Shown here: piece after piece, positions 31,357-41,714 of the stretch
Position numbering within the stretch: position 1 is the stretch's first letter
Layout of the letters: each line of letters opens with the position of its first letter
Assembly: GCA_002418285.1 (NCBI GenBank)
Contig: DIDT01000018.1
Span: 6,941 to 70,940 of the forward strand
Direction of reading: 5' to 3'
Length of the DNA stretch: 64,000 nt
DNA from: Phycisphaerales bacterium UBA5793
GTDB taxonomy: Bacteria > Planctomycetota > Phycisphaerae > Phycisphaerales > UBA5793
Made by a program: the position numbers and the translations under genes
The notes under the pieces: model-generated
Database searches by the model: none
What the model was told of the DNA's origin: nothing
The model's input: only the letters and a program-made list of their open reading frames with translations

Positions 31357-32667
31357 TCAGCTCGAAATCTGCTCGTATTCTGATGGCGAGTGGTCGGTGC
31401 GAGACAGCGGCTGTAGAATTGACGCTGCGGATTCCTTAGGCGTGATCAGGCAGTGTTCTACGGTCGCTCGGAATGACGTGTATGACAGTTCAGTGGCGAT
31501 CTGTTGTCGGAGATGTCCGGCGATAGAGTTGCGGGCGCTGTCGTTCTGTAGTAGCTGCACGCAGATGTTTGCGAATCGACCGTCATCTTGTGCAATCAAT
31601 GGGGAGTCTCGTCCTCCGAGAATGCGGAGGTGTCCGCGCGCCGCAAACCCCGAGATGACAACGGGGCGGCCATACGCAAGAGCTTCCATAACCTTGATGT
31701 TGGTGCCACTGCCGACGTAGATGGGCACGATGCAGATTGCTGCCTTGGAGTAGGCGCTCCGAAGATCCTCAACGAACCCGGCAGGATCAACATTCGGCAG
31801 GCGAGCGTAGCGTTGACGCTGTGTGGCTGTCATGTGGCTACCGACTAACAACAGGTGCGCGTCGGGCTGATCGGCGCGGATCTTCGGCCAGATGTTTGTC
31901 AGAAACCGTTCGAGGCCCTCCAGGTTTGGATTGTGACTGAAGGAACCGACGAACATGATTGTCTTGCTTTTCGGATCAGGCGGCAACGGCTCGGGAAGGC
32001 CATCGGGAAAGTAGGGCACGTTCGGCAGGTGATGGGCTCGTTCCAGACCGGGCTCAGCACAATGCTCGTCGTTAGCAACCCAGAGAACGGAGCACCGCGC
32101 GAAGCGCTCGGGCAACGTCTGTTCGAGCCGGAATAGACGTCTTCTCTCTAGCAGTTGAGGCATCCCGTGGGTGCGGTTCGTAGCGAGCCGACTGCGGCAC
32201 ATCTCGGTCGGCAGATCATCTATATCAAGCGCGACAGGAACGGCGCTTTGATTTAGCGCGCCGCTCTGGGCGAGTATCTGCACGTATCGTCCAACAATCC
32301 AGTCGTATCGGGTCTTGCTGAGGTGATCCGCCAACCATGTCTGTACGGTGGGATCGGGCTGTTGCTCCGCAGCCGGATTGCCAAGAGCTCGAGCGAGGCG
32401 ATCAATGTGGCGCGGGTTGAAGTGTCGGAAATGGCGCCAGAATCCCATTTCGCCGCGATGACGAAGGTGAAACAAACCTAGCAACCCGTACTCTCGACGC
32501 AAACGTGAAAGAGCTTCGTCGTCGGGCGCATGTTCGAATTTGGAGAGAAGCAGGACCGTGTCCACTTTGCCAAGCGACCGCAGGGAGCGATAGAGCAGAT
32601 CAGTTCGCTGGGAGGTGCCACGATGAGGAGGGAAGGGCATGCTGGGCATGAAGTAGAGACTCTTCAT
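31357..32667 (-). CDS. GT4 glycosyltransferase
   Basis: FVGSFSHNPN, GFVEDL, GSGTNIKVMEALAYG. Confidence 0.87.
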   Translation of the reverse strand: MKSLYFMPSMPFPPHRGTSQRTDLLYRSLRSLGKVDTVLLLSKFEHAPDDEALSRLRREYGLLGLFHLRHRGEMGFWRHFRHFNPRHIDRLARALGNPAAEQQPDPTVQTWLADHLSKTRYDWIVGRYVQILAQSGALNQSAVPVALDIDDLPTEMCRSRLATNRTHGMPQLLERRRLFRLEQTLPERFARCSVLWVANDEHCAEPGLERAHHLPNVPYFPDGLPEPLPPDPKSKTIMFVGSFSHNPNLEGLERFLTNIWPKIRADQPDAHLLLVGSHMTATQRQRYARLPNVDPAGFVEDLRSAYSKAAICIVPIYVGSGTNIKVMEALAYGRPVVISGFAARGHLRILGGRDSPLIAQDDGRFANICVQLLQNDSARNSIAGHLRQQIATELSYTSFRATVEHCLITPKESAASILQPLSRTDHSPSEYEQISS

Positions 32668-34019
32668 CCTGATGTGAGATCTACGTTGTGTCCGACAGGT
32701 GCAGCCGCAGCTGCGTTTGAGACTGTGTCCATTATGCATCGCCGCAGGAGTGTGGGTCCCGTCAATCGGCCAAACCGCTCCTCAATAGTTTTCGTACCGC
32801 GACAACTGAAGTGCATCGCAAGCCTAGGGTTCAGCAAGATACTCTTTATGAATGTGGCTAGAGATTCGTAGTCGCCGGGTTCTGCCAAGAAGCCGTTGTC
32901 GCCATGGGTGATCGTGTCGATTACGCCGCCAGCTCGGCATGCGACAGTTGGTACCCCCATGGCTAGCGCTTCAGCAATTGCACTCCCCCAGCCTTCGGAA
33001 TGGGTTGCTAATACCATAATGTGTGCTTGCTCAAGCTCGAGGCGAACACGATCTTGACTTATGTTTCCCAGAAACTCGACCTGTCGCTCCACATCAAGGT
33101 TGATGATTAGCCGTCGAAGCTCCTGCAAGTACGGCTCGCCGCCATCATACCGTTCGCCGGCTATGCGCAATTTGCATTGAATTCCGGATGTATTCAGAAC
33201 CGCTATGGCGCGCACTACCTCGGAGTGTCCTTTGGCGGCTGTCAGACGGCCGCATGAGAAGAGCCGGCACTCGCCCTTCCCGGCCCAAGGCTGATAGGGA
33301 CGCCTACGAACAAACAGCCTGAGATCCAGACCATGTGGGACTAGAACCACTGGGCAAGGCGGGCAACCTCCAAACCAACTGATCACCTGCTCCTGCAGAA
33401 AGGTACTTACGACCGTTCCGAACCTCGCGTGGCTCCACTTCTGCTCCTGATTACCCGCCGACACGTGTATGCTGTGGTGCTGACTAACGCTGTATGATAG
33501 ACCAAGAAGACGATTGGCATATAGGGCAACATCTGCCGTCTTTTCTGTGAAGCCCACATGCACATGATGCCATTGTCTTCTTCGTGCTTCCTGAGCTAGT
33601 TTTGCGCCGACCAGAATTGTAGCAAGAAGCGCCAGTCGGCGCGTCAAACTCCCATCGGCACGTCGCCAAGAAGCGAAGGTGCGGCCCCAACCCGCCGGGC
33701 CGGCTCGCACCACTGTGAAAGAGGCTCGCAACAGATCTCGAATGGTCATTGGCAGGAGGTAGAGAGTCTGTTCCTGAGCCTCAAGTCGCCAGGAATCCGC
33801 ATCTGAATGCAAATCTGGACTTCGGGTTGACACAATATCGACATGCACGCCGAGCTCGCGTAGCGACTCGATCTCACGCCAGAAGAACGTGTGCGTAGCC
33901 GATGGAAAGCTGCCGGTGAGGTACGCAATTCGTAGGCTGATCGCAGTCGTACCCTCCTCCGCTATCGTGCTATCGCGTCTCGGCGGAGTCATATTCGATT
34001 TGGTGGGGCCGAATGCCAC
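32664..34019 (-). CDS. GT4 glycosyltransferase (WcaL-like)
   Basis: THTFFWREI, GRLTAAKGH, EGWGSAIAEALAMG. Confidence 0.88.
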   Translation of the reverse strand: MAFGPTKSNMTPPRRDSTIAEEGTTAISLRIAYLTGSFPSATHTFFWREIESLRELGVHVDIVSTRSPDLHSDADSWRLEAQEQTLYLLPMTIRDLLRASFTVVRAGPAGWGRTFASWRRADGSLTRRLALLATILVGAKLAQEARRRQWHHVHVGFTEKTADVALYANRLLGLSYSVSQHHSIHVSAGNQEQKWSHARFGTVVSTFLQEQVISWFGGCPPCPVVLVPHGLDLRLFVRRRPYQPWAGKGECRLFSCGRLTAAKGHSEVVRAIAVLNTSGIQCKLRIAGERYDGGEPYLQELRRLIINLDVERQVEFLGNISQDRVRLELEQAHIMVLATHSEGWGSAIAEALAMGVPTVACRAGGVIDTITHGDNGFLAEPGDYESLATFIKSILLNPRLAMHFSCRGTKTIEERFGRLTGPTLLRRCIMDTVSNAAAAAPVGHNVDLTSG

Positions 34020-34056
34020 TACTCATGACCCAAATCGCTGCAAGGCGGAAAGCACA

Positions 34057-35139
34057 TCATTTTGTGCCCACGGCATCAATCTGTATTGCGTCTGACTTGT
34101 TGCGGCAACAAAGGAACATCTCAAATGCTCTTATGTACTCTTCGACATGAGGACGGCACTCGCCAAACAGTGCGTACTCCATTCGAGTCAGTTCGTGGCG
34201 TAGGACATTGGCGCATGTGGGATCTGTATCAGCAAAATCAACCTCATGGTTACCCACGACGAGTATTCTATCATCTGCATCTCTCATTGCATTTAAGGCA
34301 ATGTCGAAATTCTTTGAATCTCCTGCAAGAGTCTCAAGATACCATACGAAGTGCAGTCGCCACACGATTTTCGACCAACGGCCAGTCACAAAGCGAAGAT
34401 AGGTGCTGCAGAGGTTTTTTACGTGGCAACAATCGCCACTATTGATTGTTCGTACGAGATCGCGTTCCGGGGTGCGGGTCTGGATCCAGGAGTATGGATC
34501 AAGATTCACAGGCCGCCCATTCAGTGACGCCACTTTGTGAAAGCAATCAATTGGCCGGTAGTTCGAGCGTAGCCAGGGGACATCGATACCAAGGCACCAA
34601 GTGCCAAGAATTGCATCCGTCTCAGTGAGGTTCTCAAATGACGTGTACTCAAGTCCGGCAAAGCGCAAATTACGATCGTGCATTGCAGCTGCTACGTGTT
34701 CAAAGTAATTCGAGGACAGCGGATATAGATCAAAATCGTGCAGAATCGCATAACGCGTTGTACAACTGGAAAGTCCGAGAACAGTGTTCATCGAGTTATA
34801 GAACGTGGAGACATTGACACGCTCTATGATGTGGCCGGCAAGTGCGGGGTAAAACTGAAAAGAAAGTGGTAATTCAGGGAAGTCCCGCCGACTAGATTCG
34901 GTAAGCGTTTCTGCGCCCCGTCGTTGACGGCGATCAAAGATAACATGAATATGGTGCAGATGTGTGTGATTGGTGCGCGCAATGAAGCGCAGGTTAACTG
35001 GAAGCAAGTGCCGTAGGTCCCATGGGACTCCTAATATGATAGAGTATCCCTGTTGGGGCTGCGCTAGTTCGCTCCAACGCAGAAGCGGCGCCAACGAAGC
35101 CTTGATCAGTTCACGTCCGTATCGTTGCCGTAGAGACAC
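34057..35139 (-). CDS. Hypothetical protein, possible GT-A fold transferase
   Basis: 360-aa ORF overlapping the upstream gene; ILHDFDLY is DxD-like. Confidence 0.6.
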   Translation of the reverse strand: MSLRQRYGRELIKASLAPLLRWSELAQPQQGYSIILGVPWDLRHLLPVNLRFIARTNHTHLHHIHVIFDRRQRRGAETLTESSRRDFPELPLSFQFYPALAGHIIERVNVSTFYNSMNTVLGLSSCTTRYAILHDFDLYPLSSNYFEHVAAAMHDRNLRFAGLEYTSFENLTETDAILGTWCLGIDVPWLRSNYRPIDCFHKVASLNGRPVNLDPYSWIQTRTPERDLVRTINSGDCCHVKNLCSTYLRFVTGRWSKIVWRLHFVWYLETLAGDSKNFDIALNAMRDADDRILVVGNHEVDFADTDPTCANVLRHELTRMEYALFGECRPHVEEYIRAFEMFLCCRNKSDAIQIDAVGTK

Positions 35140-36478
35140 ACGATTCTCCTGACTCCGTGTCTGCGGGCCGCGATGTCGACATGCAGTACCGTGGACGCGA
35201 CGGCACTCCGCCGTTCAGTTCGTCCAGAAACTGCCTGTAGATGCCCAACACCTGATTCGCCTTCATGGACCAAGTGAACTCTTGGGCGATACGGACTTGT
35301 GCCGCACGCGACCGGCGATCGATTTCACGAGGTTGATCGATTAGAAGTTGAAGTCGTATTCTGAGAGCGGTCACGATGCTGTCGCGCGTGCCGAGCGAGA
35401 CGGTGAAGCCCGTTTCCGGTGTCACTAGTTCGGATGGACCACCGTAGTCGACGATGAGCGCCGGCACGCCGAGTGCCATCGCTTCCAGAACGACGGCTCC
35501 CCCGAATTCCCGGATGCTGGGAAGGGTGAGCAAGTCCGCATTCACGAGATGCTCTTGCACAGCGGTGTGCTCTATCCAGCCGTGAAAGGTAATGCCCGGT
35601 ATGGTGTCAGTTTCGGCGCGATGGCGAAGCTCGTTCATAAGCGGTCCGTCGCCAATGTAATCGAGCGTAATGTCACCTCGCTGAAGAAGCGGCGCTGCGG
35701 CTTCGAGCAGCATGTCCGGCCCCTTGTATGGCACCAGGCGGCCCACAAAAATGCAGCGGATCGGTCGCGTCGCGCCACGCGTTCGAGTCAAGTTGAACCG
35801 GGAGGGATCGATTCCGTTCTCCGGGAGGTAGATGCACTTGTCGTGATACCGCGCCGGCATTTGCTGCCACGTTGCCTTCGATGCGATCAGGATCAGTGAG
35901 GCGTGTCGGCGACTGGCGTGGAAGCCCGGGAGGAGCTTGTGCACCGAGCGGACGTACGACAACCACTCGCGCTCGTCGCGTCGTGCCCCGTCAAACTCCT
36001 TTGGCCAGGGTAGACCGCCGTTCAACGGGCCGAGCACAAATGGAACCCCGATCTTCGCGAGTTTCTTCGCGATCGGACTGGGCACGGTCGGGCTGAGGGG
36101 TGTTATGCGATGGACAAGGTCGAACTCTCCGGCTTTGAGCGACGTCTCGAATCGCTTCCAGACAAGGCGTTCAAAGTATGGATAGCTAAGGGCATTGATG
36201 GCGGTCCCTATGGTCCAGCCCTTCCCATCGCGGCCACCCAACTTCTGGCGGAGCTTATGTAAGGGCGCGGCAATTCGTTCTGAATCGATCGCTGTGAACT
36301 CGCGCCCCTCGCACCAGCCAGTGCGCTCAATCGCGACGCGATTGCGAATCTGGGTCACAAGGTGCACGTTTGCGACGTCGGCGAGAGCGCGGGCGAGCGA
36401 CCAGCCAACAAGTGGAACGCTCGGCCACTCCGGGTTCGCTGCCTCGGCTATGACCAGCACGCGCGGACGAGGCGTCAC
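35111..36478 (-). CDS. GT4 glycosyltransferase
   Basis: AEAANPEWPSVP, FVGRLVPYKG, EFGGAVVLEAM. Confidence 0.9.
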   Translation of the reverse strand: MTPRPRVLVIAEAANPEWPSVPLVGWSLARALADVANVHLVTQIRNRVAIERTGWCEGREFTAIDSERIAAPLHKLRQKLGGRDGKGWTIGTAINALSYPYFERLVWKRFETSLKAGEFDLVHRITPLSPTVPSPIAKKLAKIGVPFVLGPLNGGLPWPKEFDGARRDEREWLSYVRSVHKLLPGFHASRRHASLILIASKATWQQMPARYHDKCIYLPENGIDPSRFNLTRTRGATRPIRCIFVGRLVPYKGPDMLLEAAAPLLQRGDITLDYIGDGPLMNELRHRAETDTIPGITFHGWIEHTAVQEHLVNADLLTLPSIREFGGAVVLEAMALGVPALIVDYGGPSELVTPETGFTVSLGTRDSIVTALRIRLQLLIDQPREIDRRSRAAQVRIAQEFTWSMKANQVLGIYRQFLDELNGGVPSRPRYCMSTSRPADTESGESCVSTATIRT

Positions 36479-37728
36479 GCGACCGATTCCAAGGGATTGG
36501 TTGACATCGATTGCGACTCGTGGCCTTGAGCGCCAAGACGCCTGGCAATCACACGAGCGCTGCGATCGCTGGCGAATAATTCTCGCACGCGAGACTGACC
36601 GGAAGCACCCATCGTTTGGGCACGGGCCGGATTACCGATGAGCCACTCGACGGCGCTTGCGATAGAATCTGGTTGGTTTGCGGGCGTCATGATCCCATCG
36701 ACTTCGTTGCGCACGAGTTCACTGACACCCCCGACGTCGGTTACAACCACCGGAAGGGCCATGGCCATGGCCTCCATCGTTGCTACGCCAATCGCCTCAT
36801 CGTGACTTCCGAGGATGAAGATGTGGCTCGTCGCGAGCGAATCCCGCACATCCTCTTCCGCAACGGCGCCAACGAGGATGACGTGGTCGCGGAGTCCGAG
36901 TTCTTGGATCAACGCTTCGAGCATGGGGCGTGCTGGTCCCTCACCGAGCACGGTAAGCTGGGCGTTAATCCCTCGTTTTCCAAGCTCGCCGACCGCTCGG
37001 ATCACATCTTGGTGTCCCTTCTTCACGTGCAATCGACCGCATGAAACGAGCCGAACGGGCTCGCCGAATTGTGGCGGAATGAATGGTGTGTTTCGATGGA
37101 ACACCGACAGATCGACTCCCATCGGCGCGACGTCGACGCGATCGAAGATCTCCGGGGCGACCTTGAGGACTTCTCTGCGGAGTCGTTCCGTCACCACAAT
37201 TCCGAATTTTGCGTTCCCCCATTTCGAGGACTGGGCCGGGCCGTACATGCTGATCGGGCTGTGGAGCGTCAGGCTGTAGGGGGCTCCGCCAAGATCCCTG
37301 GCAAGCAGGGCCACCATCGCGGCGCGGTGGCAAGAGTGGACGTGTACGTGCCGTAGGTTCAAATGTCGGCAGACGGATGCAAGCCGGGCTGCGGGAGCCA
37401 ACAAAGCGATCGTTCGGAGTCTTTCTGTGAACGTTGGCGTCTTGAGGGTGCATGCGCGACGCAGTGCTCGCCAACAAGCTCGAGGTCCACATCGCAATAC
37501 TTGGATGGCGGCTTGCACAGCGCCATCGAATCCGAGTGGCGAGAGGTACGTCGTCTGGTGCTGCGCATCCTTGGCCCAAGTGTGCTGGGCAGTATGATCG
37601 CTGGGCAGTCTGGTACTGACGAGTTCGACGGTAATGCCAAATCGCATCAAAGCAGTCCGCTCGCGCCACATCATGATATGGGTCTGGCCCGGAAACTCGG
37701 GAATGAAGTAGCCGATCTTCATGTTCAC
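36475..37728 (-). CDS. GT4 glycosyltransferase (WcaL-like)
   Basis: IPEFPGQTH, GRLHVKKGH, EAIGVATMEAM. Confidence 0.9.
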   Translation of the reverse strand: MNMKIGYFIPEFPGQTHIMMWRERTALMRFGITVELVSTRLPSDHTAQHTWAKDAQHQTTYLSPLGFDGAVQAAIQVLRCGPRACWRALRRACTLKTPTFTERLRTIALLAPAARLASVCRHLNLRHVHVHSCHRAAMVALLARDLGGAPYSLTLHSPISMYGPAQSSKWGNAKFGIVVTERLRREVLKVAPEIFDRVDVAPMGVDLSVFHRNTPFIPPQFGEPVRLVSCGRLHVKKGHQDVIRAVGELGKRGINAQLTVLGEGPARPMLEALIQELGLRDHVILVGAVAEEDVRDSLATSHIFILGSHDEAIGVATMEAMAMALPVVVTDVGGVSELVRNEVDGIMTPANQPDSIASAVEWLIGNPARAQTMGASGQSRVRELFASDRSARVIARRLGAQGHESQSMSTNPLESVA

Positions 37729-37810
37729 CCATTAGTAGATTCGAAGTGCCGGTAGAAACCGGTACTGGTGCAAGCAGAACTTCAAACAAAAGATATGGTC
37801 GTTGAAAGCC

Positions 37811-40579
37811 TCATGGTTTTTCAGCAAATCCCGCGCGGAAATAATCGTTAATCAATCCGGCGGTGTATTCTGGACGCCAGTTCGTCTTGGACTGCTTCAA
37901 AGCCTCCGTCATGAATGCCTCAAACGTCGCTTCCCGACCAAGCATCGCATGGTACGTACCGAGTGTGCGATCAGGGTCAACGAACTCGCCGTTCCACACT
38001 TGGGCTTCCGCTTCTCCCGTGTCGATCACCCATTGGCCCAGGGAGCGATACATGGCACCGATTCGAAACCATGCGCTAGGCGTGGCTCCGGACGCATACC
38101 AGTTGTTGGAAAATGCAAATCGGTTGAGATCAAACGTCGTTGGCGAGTACCAGACTGCCTGTCGCGGATGTCGAGAATTGTCAAATACGTTTGAGTTGAC
38201 GATCACGTCTTCATAGTCGTTGGCATTGATGGATTCGACTCGAAAGTCGACGCCGTTCCAATTGTACGTAATATTCGAAGCGATCGTTGCTTGAATCTCG
38301 GGCGCGCCATTATTCTTGTGCTTTTCAAGGTATATGGCGGCAAGATCACCGGCGCCAATCTTATTGGCAATAATATTATGTTCTACCATAGCTCGTCCGC
38401 CAGTGTTGTACCATGCGTCGCCAATCACTATGCCCCATCCGCGCAATAGATCTGGAGTAATATCGGTGCCCTCAATAATGACATTGTCTCGAACGGTTGA
38501 CGGTGCCGCGCGGGCAAATATGCCGATCGGATTGCGAACGACTAGATTGTCCTCGATAACTGCATCTCCGTTGCAGGATATGCCGTTTGAGGAGGCTTCG
38601 CAAATAATATTGCCGCGTATGGTAACATTATCGAGTTCGTTTTCTAGGTAGATGTTATGATTGAATATGCTGGCATCGTCCCGGTTTCCGCGATACCCAT
38701 TTCGGTAAAAAATATTGTCTTCAATGAGCAATCCGTCAATCTTGTTGATGAAGGCGCCCTGCGAATGGGCGCCCCATCCTGAATAAAAGTTGTTGCATAT
38801 CACATTGCGGCGAATCTTTACATTTGTCTTCGCCGCATAGCTAATATTTAGGCCGTTGGTGAAATTTGTGATCTTGCAATCTTCAATCAGATAGTTTGAG
38901 CCTTCGGTGAGCAGGCGAATGCCATCATACGGGGTTCCTTCATCAAGTCCGCGCAATTCGAGGCCCACGATGGCGATATTTGACTTGGGTGCTCCGATGG
39001 CTAGCGATGGCCCGTTAGGCACGATGAACACTGGCCTTGGTCCATCGCCATATCCTGACAGCAGATGAGGTTCATTATCACGGAGGCTGAAGTCACTCCA
39101 GGAGGGCCAATCGCCGTACCAAGTATCGCCACGCTTGAACAGAACCCAGTCGGGTTCGCCATTGCGTGCGATCTGCTTTGCCATCTCCAGAGTTGCGTAC
39201 GGGTGAATGGTGCCTGTCGGACGGAACGGATTGTCGCCGATTTCGGGGTCAGCTGGGGAGTAGTACTGCCCAGTTGCGTCATCTCCCGTCGAGGAGCTGA
39301 CGTAGATGATGCGTGAATCAAAGCTCGGCATGAAATCGGTCCAGCCCTCATCCTGAGAGCCCTCTCCGACAAATGGGTCAGTCTTAGTGTTGGTGCCTCC
39401 ACCTGAGCCACCTCCCGAGCCACCGGAGTTCCCGTTGCCGTCCTGTCCGTGCCCGGAGCCACCACTACCGCCGCCACCGCCGCCCGAGCCACCGCCACCG
39501 CCACCGCCGCCAAGGACGAAGCCGCCGTCGCCTCCGCCTCCACCGCCGCTGCTGCCCGAGCGCGAGCGGCCGATGGGGGTGTTGTTGCCGGTGTGGAACT
39601 TGTACAGCAGGTTGTCAGTGTTGCGGGTGCCTGTGGAGTGCCCATCGGTGTCGGAAGCGAGCAGTGCGAGGTCTTCTTCGCTGCCGTCCGACCAGGAATC
39701 TGCATCAGAGGGCCCGTCAAACGGATCGTCGTCTGCCGCTGCCTCATCGTCAACCACGATCACGCCAAATTCGCTTTCGCCTTCCGCCGGTACATCGCCC
39801 GACTCGGCTGCCGCCTGCTGCTGCTCCGCGTCCATCGACCCGAGGGGCTGACTGGCGAGGGCATCGGAATTCAGTGCAATGCGCCACGAGCCGTTTGCGC
39901 GGTAGACCACGGGCCGACCATCGCGCAGGGCCAGCGCGTTGGGCAGGCCGTCACGTAGCGCAATCCGCTCAGTCACCGTGCCGCCTGAGAGGACGATGCT
40001 CTTGGCGGCGACGAATGCATCGACGCGCTCGATCACGCCCTGGTAGTTCTTGTTGGCGACGTTCGGGTCGATGCCGCGACGAGTCTCGAGCGGGAGGCCG
40101 AGCACGCTGATCGCGACATCTGGTGCGGTCGTCCGGACGGCATCGAGAAATGCCTCGAGATACTGCCCGAGTGTCTGCTCATAGGTTGTGGAGACCCGAT
40201 CGGCCTCTTGCGCCCCGCCAGCGGTCAGAACTTGCTTGTAGCGAGCATCGCTGAGAGCCAGCGCGGCCCCGGTCAGCCGAATCGTGATGAGTCGGCTCGG
40301 CTCCTTTGCGGTGGTATCGCCGATCCGCTTGATCGCGTCGTCACCAGCCGCCACGAGCGGCTCAGCCTTGCGGGCCAGGACATCCTCTTCGCGGATGTTC
40401 AAGTCGATGATCGCCGGCTCCTTGGCGGAGCGAAGCCTAAGGTCGGCGCCAACGGGCGGGGTAGCCGAGAATGTGGGGGCGATGAGCAGCAGGAGGGTCA
40501 GAGCCATCAGGCCACCTGCGGCGTACATGCGGCGGTTGACGGTATTGGCAAGTGTCTGCATTGCGGTTTTGCGAATCAT
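37811..40579 (-). CDS. Secreted multidomain protein with C-terminal right-handed parallel beta-helix
   Basis: GAGGAG RBS and signal peptide; acidic and Gly-rich linker; IYVSSSTGDD, FKRGDTW and repeated I.DN/I.GN turns. Confidence 0.78.
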   Translation of the reverse strand: MIRKTAMQTLANTVNRRMYAAGGLMALTLLLLIAPTFSATPPVGADLRLRSAKEPAIIDLNIREEDVLARKAEPLVAAGDDAIKRIGDTTAKEPSRLITIRLTGAALALSDARYKQVLTAGGAQEADRVSTTYEQTLGQYLEAFLDAVRTTAPDVAISVLGLPLETRRGIDPNVANKNYQGVIERVDAFVAAKSIVLSGGTVTERIALRDGLPNALALRDGRPVVYRANGSWRIALNSDALASQPLGSMDAEQQQAAAESGDVPAEGESEFGVIVVDDEAAADDDPFDGPSDADSWSDGSEEDLALLASDTDGHSTGTRNTDNLLYKFHTGNNTPIGRSRSGSSGGGGGGDGGFVLGGGGGGGGSGGGGGGSGGSGHGQDGNGNSGGSGGGSGGGTNTKTDPFVGEGSQDEGWTDFMPSFDSRIIYVSSSTGDDATGQYYSPADPEIGDNPFRPTGTIHPYATLEMAKQIARNGEPDWVLFKRGDTWYGDWPSWSDFSLRDNEPHLLSGYGDGPRPVFIVPNGPSLAIGAPKSNIAIVGLELRGLDEGTPYDGIRLLTEGSNYLIEDCKITNFTNGLNISYAAKTNVKIRRNVICNNFYSGWGAHSQGAFINKIDGLLIEDNIFYRNGYRGNRDDASIFNHNIYLENELDNVTIRGNIICEASSNGISCNGDAVIEDNLVVRNPIGIFARAAPSTVRDNVIIEGTDITPDLLRGWGIVIGDAWYNTGGRAMVEHNIIANKIGAGDLAAIYLEKHKNNGAPEIQATIASNITYNWNGVDFRVESINANDYEDVIVNSNVFDNSRHPRQAVWYSPTTFDLNRFAFSNNWYASGATPSAWFRIGAMYRSLGQWVIDTGEAEAQVWNGEFVDPDRTLGTYHAMLGREATFEAFMTEALKQSKTNWRPEYTAGLINDYFRAGFAEKP
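39400..39555 (-). repeat. Gly/Ser low-complexity coding repeat
   Basis: GGC/GGT runs encoding poly-Gly linker. Confidence 0.8.
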
Positions 40580-41144
40580 GCGACCCCACTCCTCGATAAT
40601 GTGCGCGGACCTGCCGAGTCTCGGCAATGTCGTGCCTTGAGGAGTGTCTGATTGAGAGGTGCCCATATCAAACGAGATGCCCAACTTGCCCGGTCTTCCC
40701 GATTCGTGACGGCTGCACAGTTGTGCGGGCTTCGCCAATCGGTACGACCCGAGCAGACTTACATCCGAGAAGCCGGCTGAGGCGTGGGTCGGCCGAGGTC
40801 CGAGTTGAGGCCTGCAAGGGGCCTTCGGCAATCCGACATTTGTAGGTAGCCCGTCCGGTAACCCCTTGGCCGTTTCCTTACAAGGACAGGCTTGGATGCC
40901 ACCGTGGCAGCGGGGGGTTCGAATCGGCAAAGTCTCATAAAACAGACGCTATGGTTGCCTGAGGCAGGAATGCGGCTCGGTCCGCGCGGGCTTCGCCCAC
41001 GTCGCGCGCAACTTTTGTCGCGAGCGTGCTGGCCCGTTTTGGTCCATCTGGCTTGTCGTTCATCCCGATCGAGACATGGATCGGTTGATTTCCAGGCCTG
41101 CAGGCGGTCTTTTCGGCGTTTTGCCGCCCGGTCCTCGGCTTCAC

Positions 41145-41714
41145 TCAGTCAATCGGCGCAAGAATCGATGCGTCGATCTCCATGCAGGTGGCCCGGCCGA
41201 GCGCTTCGATCACGAGGATCAGTCGATCGGCCGAGCAACGTTCGTCAATCAGTCCCTCCACCCCCCGAAACGGTCCCTGTGTGACGCGCACGCGCCGGCC
41301 GACGCGGAGGAATGGATAGGGATCAAGTTGAGCCTCACCTTCGAGGGCGAGGCGGATCTGTTCAAGCTCGTGGTCAAGTCGGCCCTGATCGGTGACGCGG
41401 ATGATCTGGGCGATCCGGCCGGACTCCATCGCAAAGTACGCTGCTTCGAGCGGCCCCCAGAGGAAAACGTATCCTGGGAACAGCGGTGCCTGCACGATTC
41501 GCTTCCGGTGGCCATAGATCCGCGTGTGGTGCACGATCGGAAGGAACACCCGGTATCCGGCACTCTGGAGGGTCCGGTCAATGGCCTTTTCCTGGCGGCT
41601 GAGGGTGCGGAGCACGTGCCAACTTTCCGTCGCAGCGGTGTCGAGAACCATGCCGCGGGAGCCGTATCTAGCGGCCTGATCGGCCTGATCCGCTACATCG
41701 CCGGTCTGTTTCAT
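41145..41714 (-). CDS. NusG-paralog transcription antiterminator (UpxY/RfaH-like)
   Basis: WHVLRT..RQEK, PLFPGYVF (NGN domain), GRRVRVTQGPFRGVEG (KOW); first gene of the EPS run; start uncertain. Confidence 0.9.
   Translation of the reverse strand: MKQTGDVADQADQAARYGSRGMVLDTAATESWHVLRTLSRQEKAIDRTLQSAGYRVFLPIVHHTRIYGHRKRIVQAPLFPGYVFLWGPLEAAYFAMESGRIAQIIRVTDQGRLDHELEQIRLALEGEAQLDPYPFLRVGRRVRVTQGPFRGVEGLIDERCSADRLILVIEALGRATCMEIDASILAPID

Noticed and set aside
40845-40960. Possible c-di-GMP-I riboswitch (ACGGCCAAGGGGTTACCG on the minus strand)
   Set aside because: The GAAA-loop P2 stem and GACGCAAAG core were not found upstream
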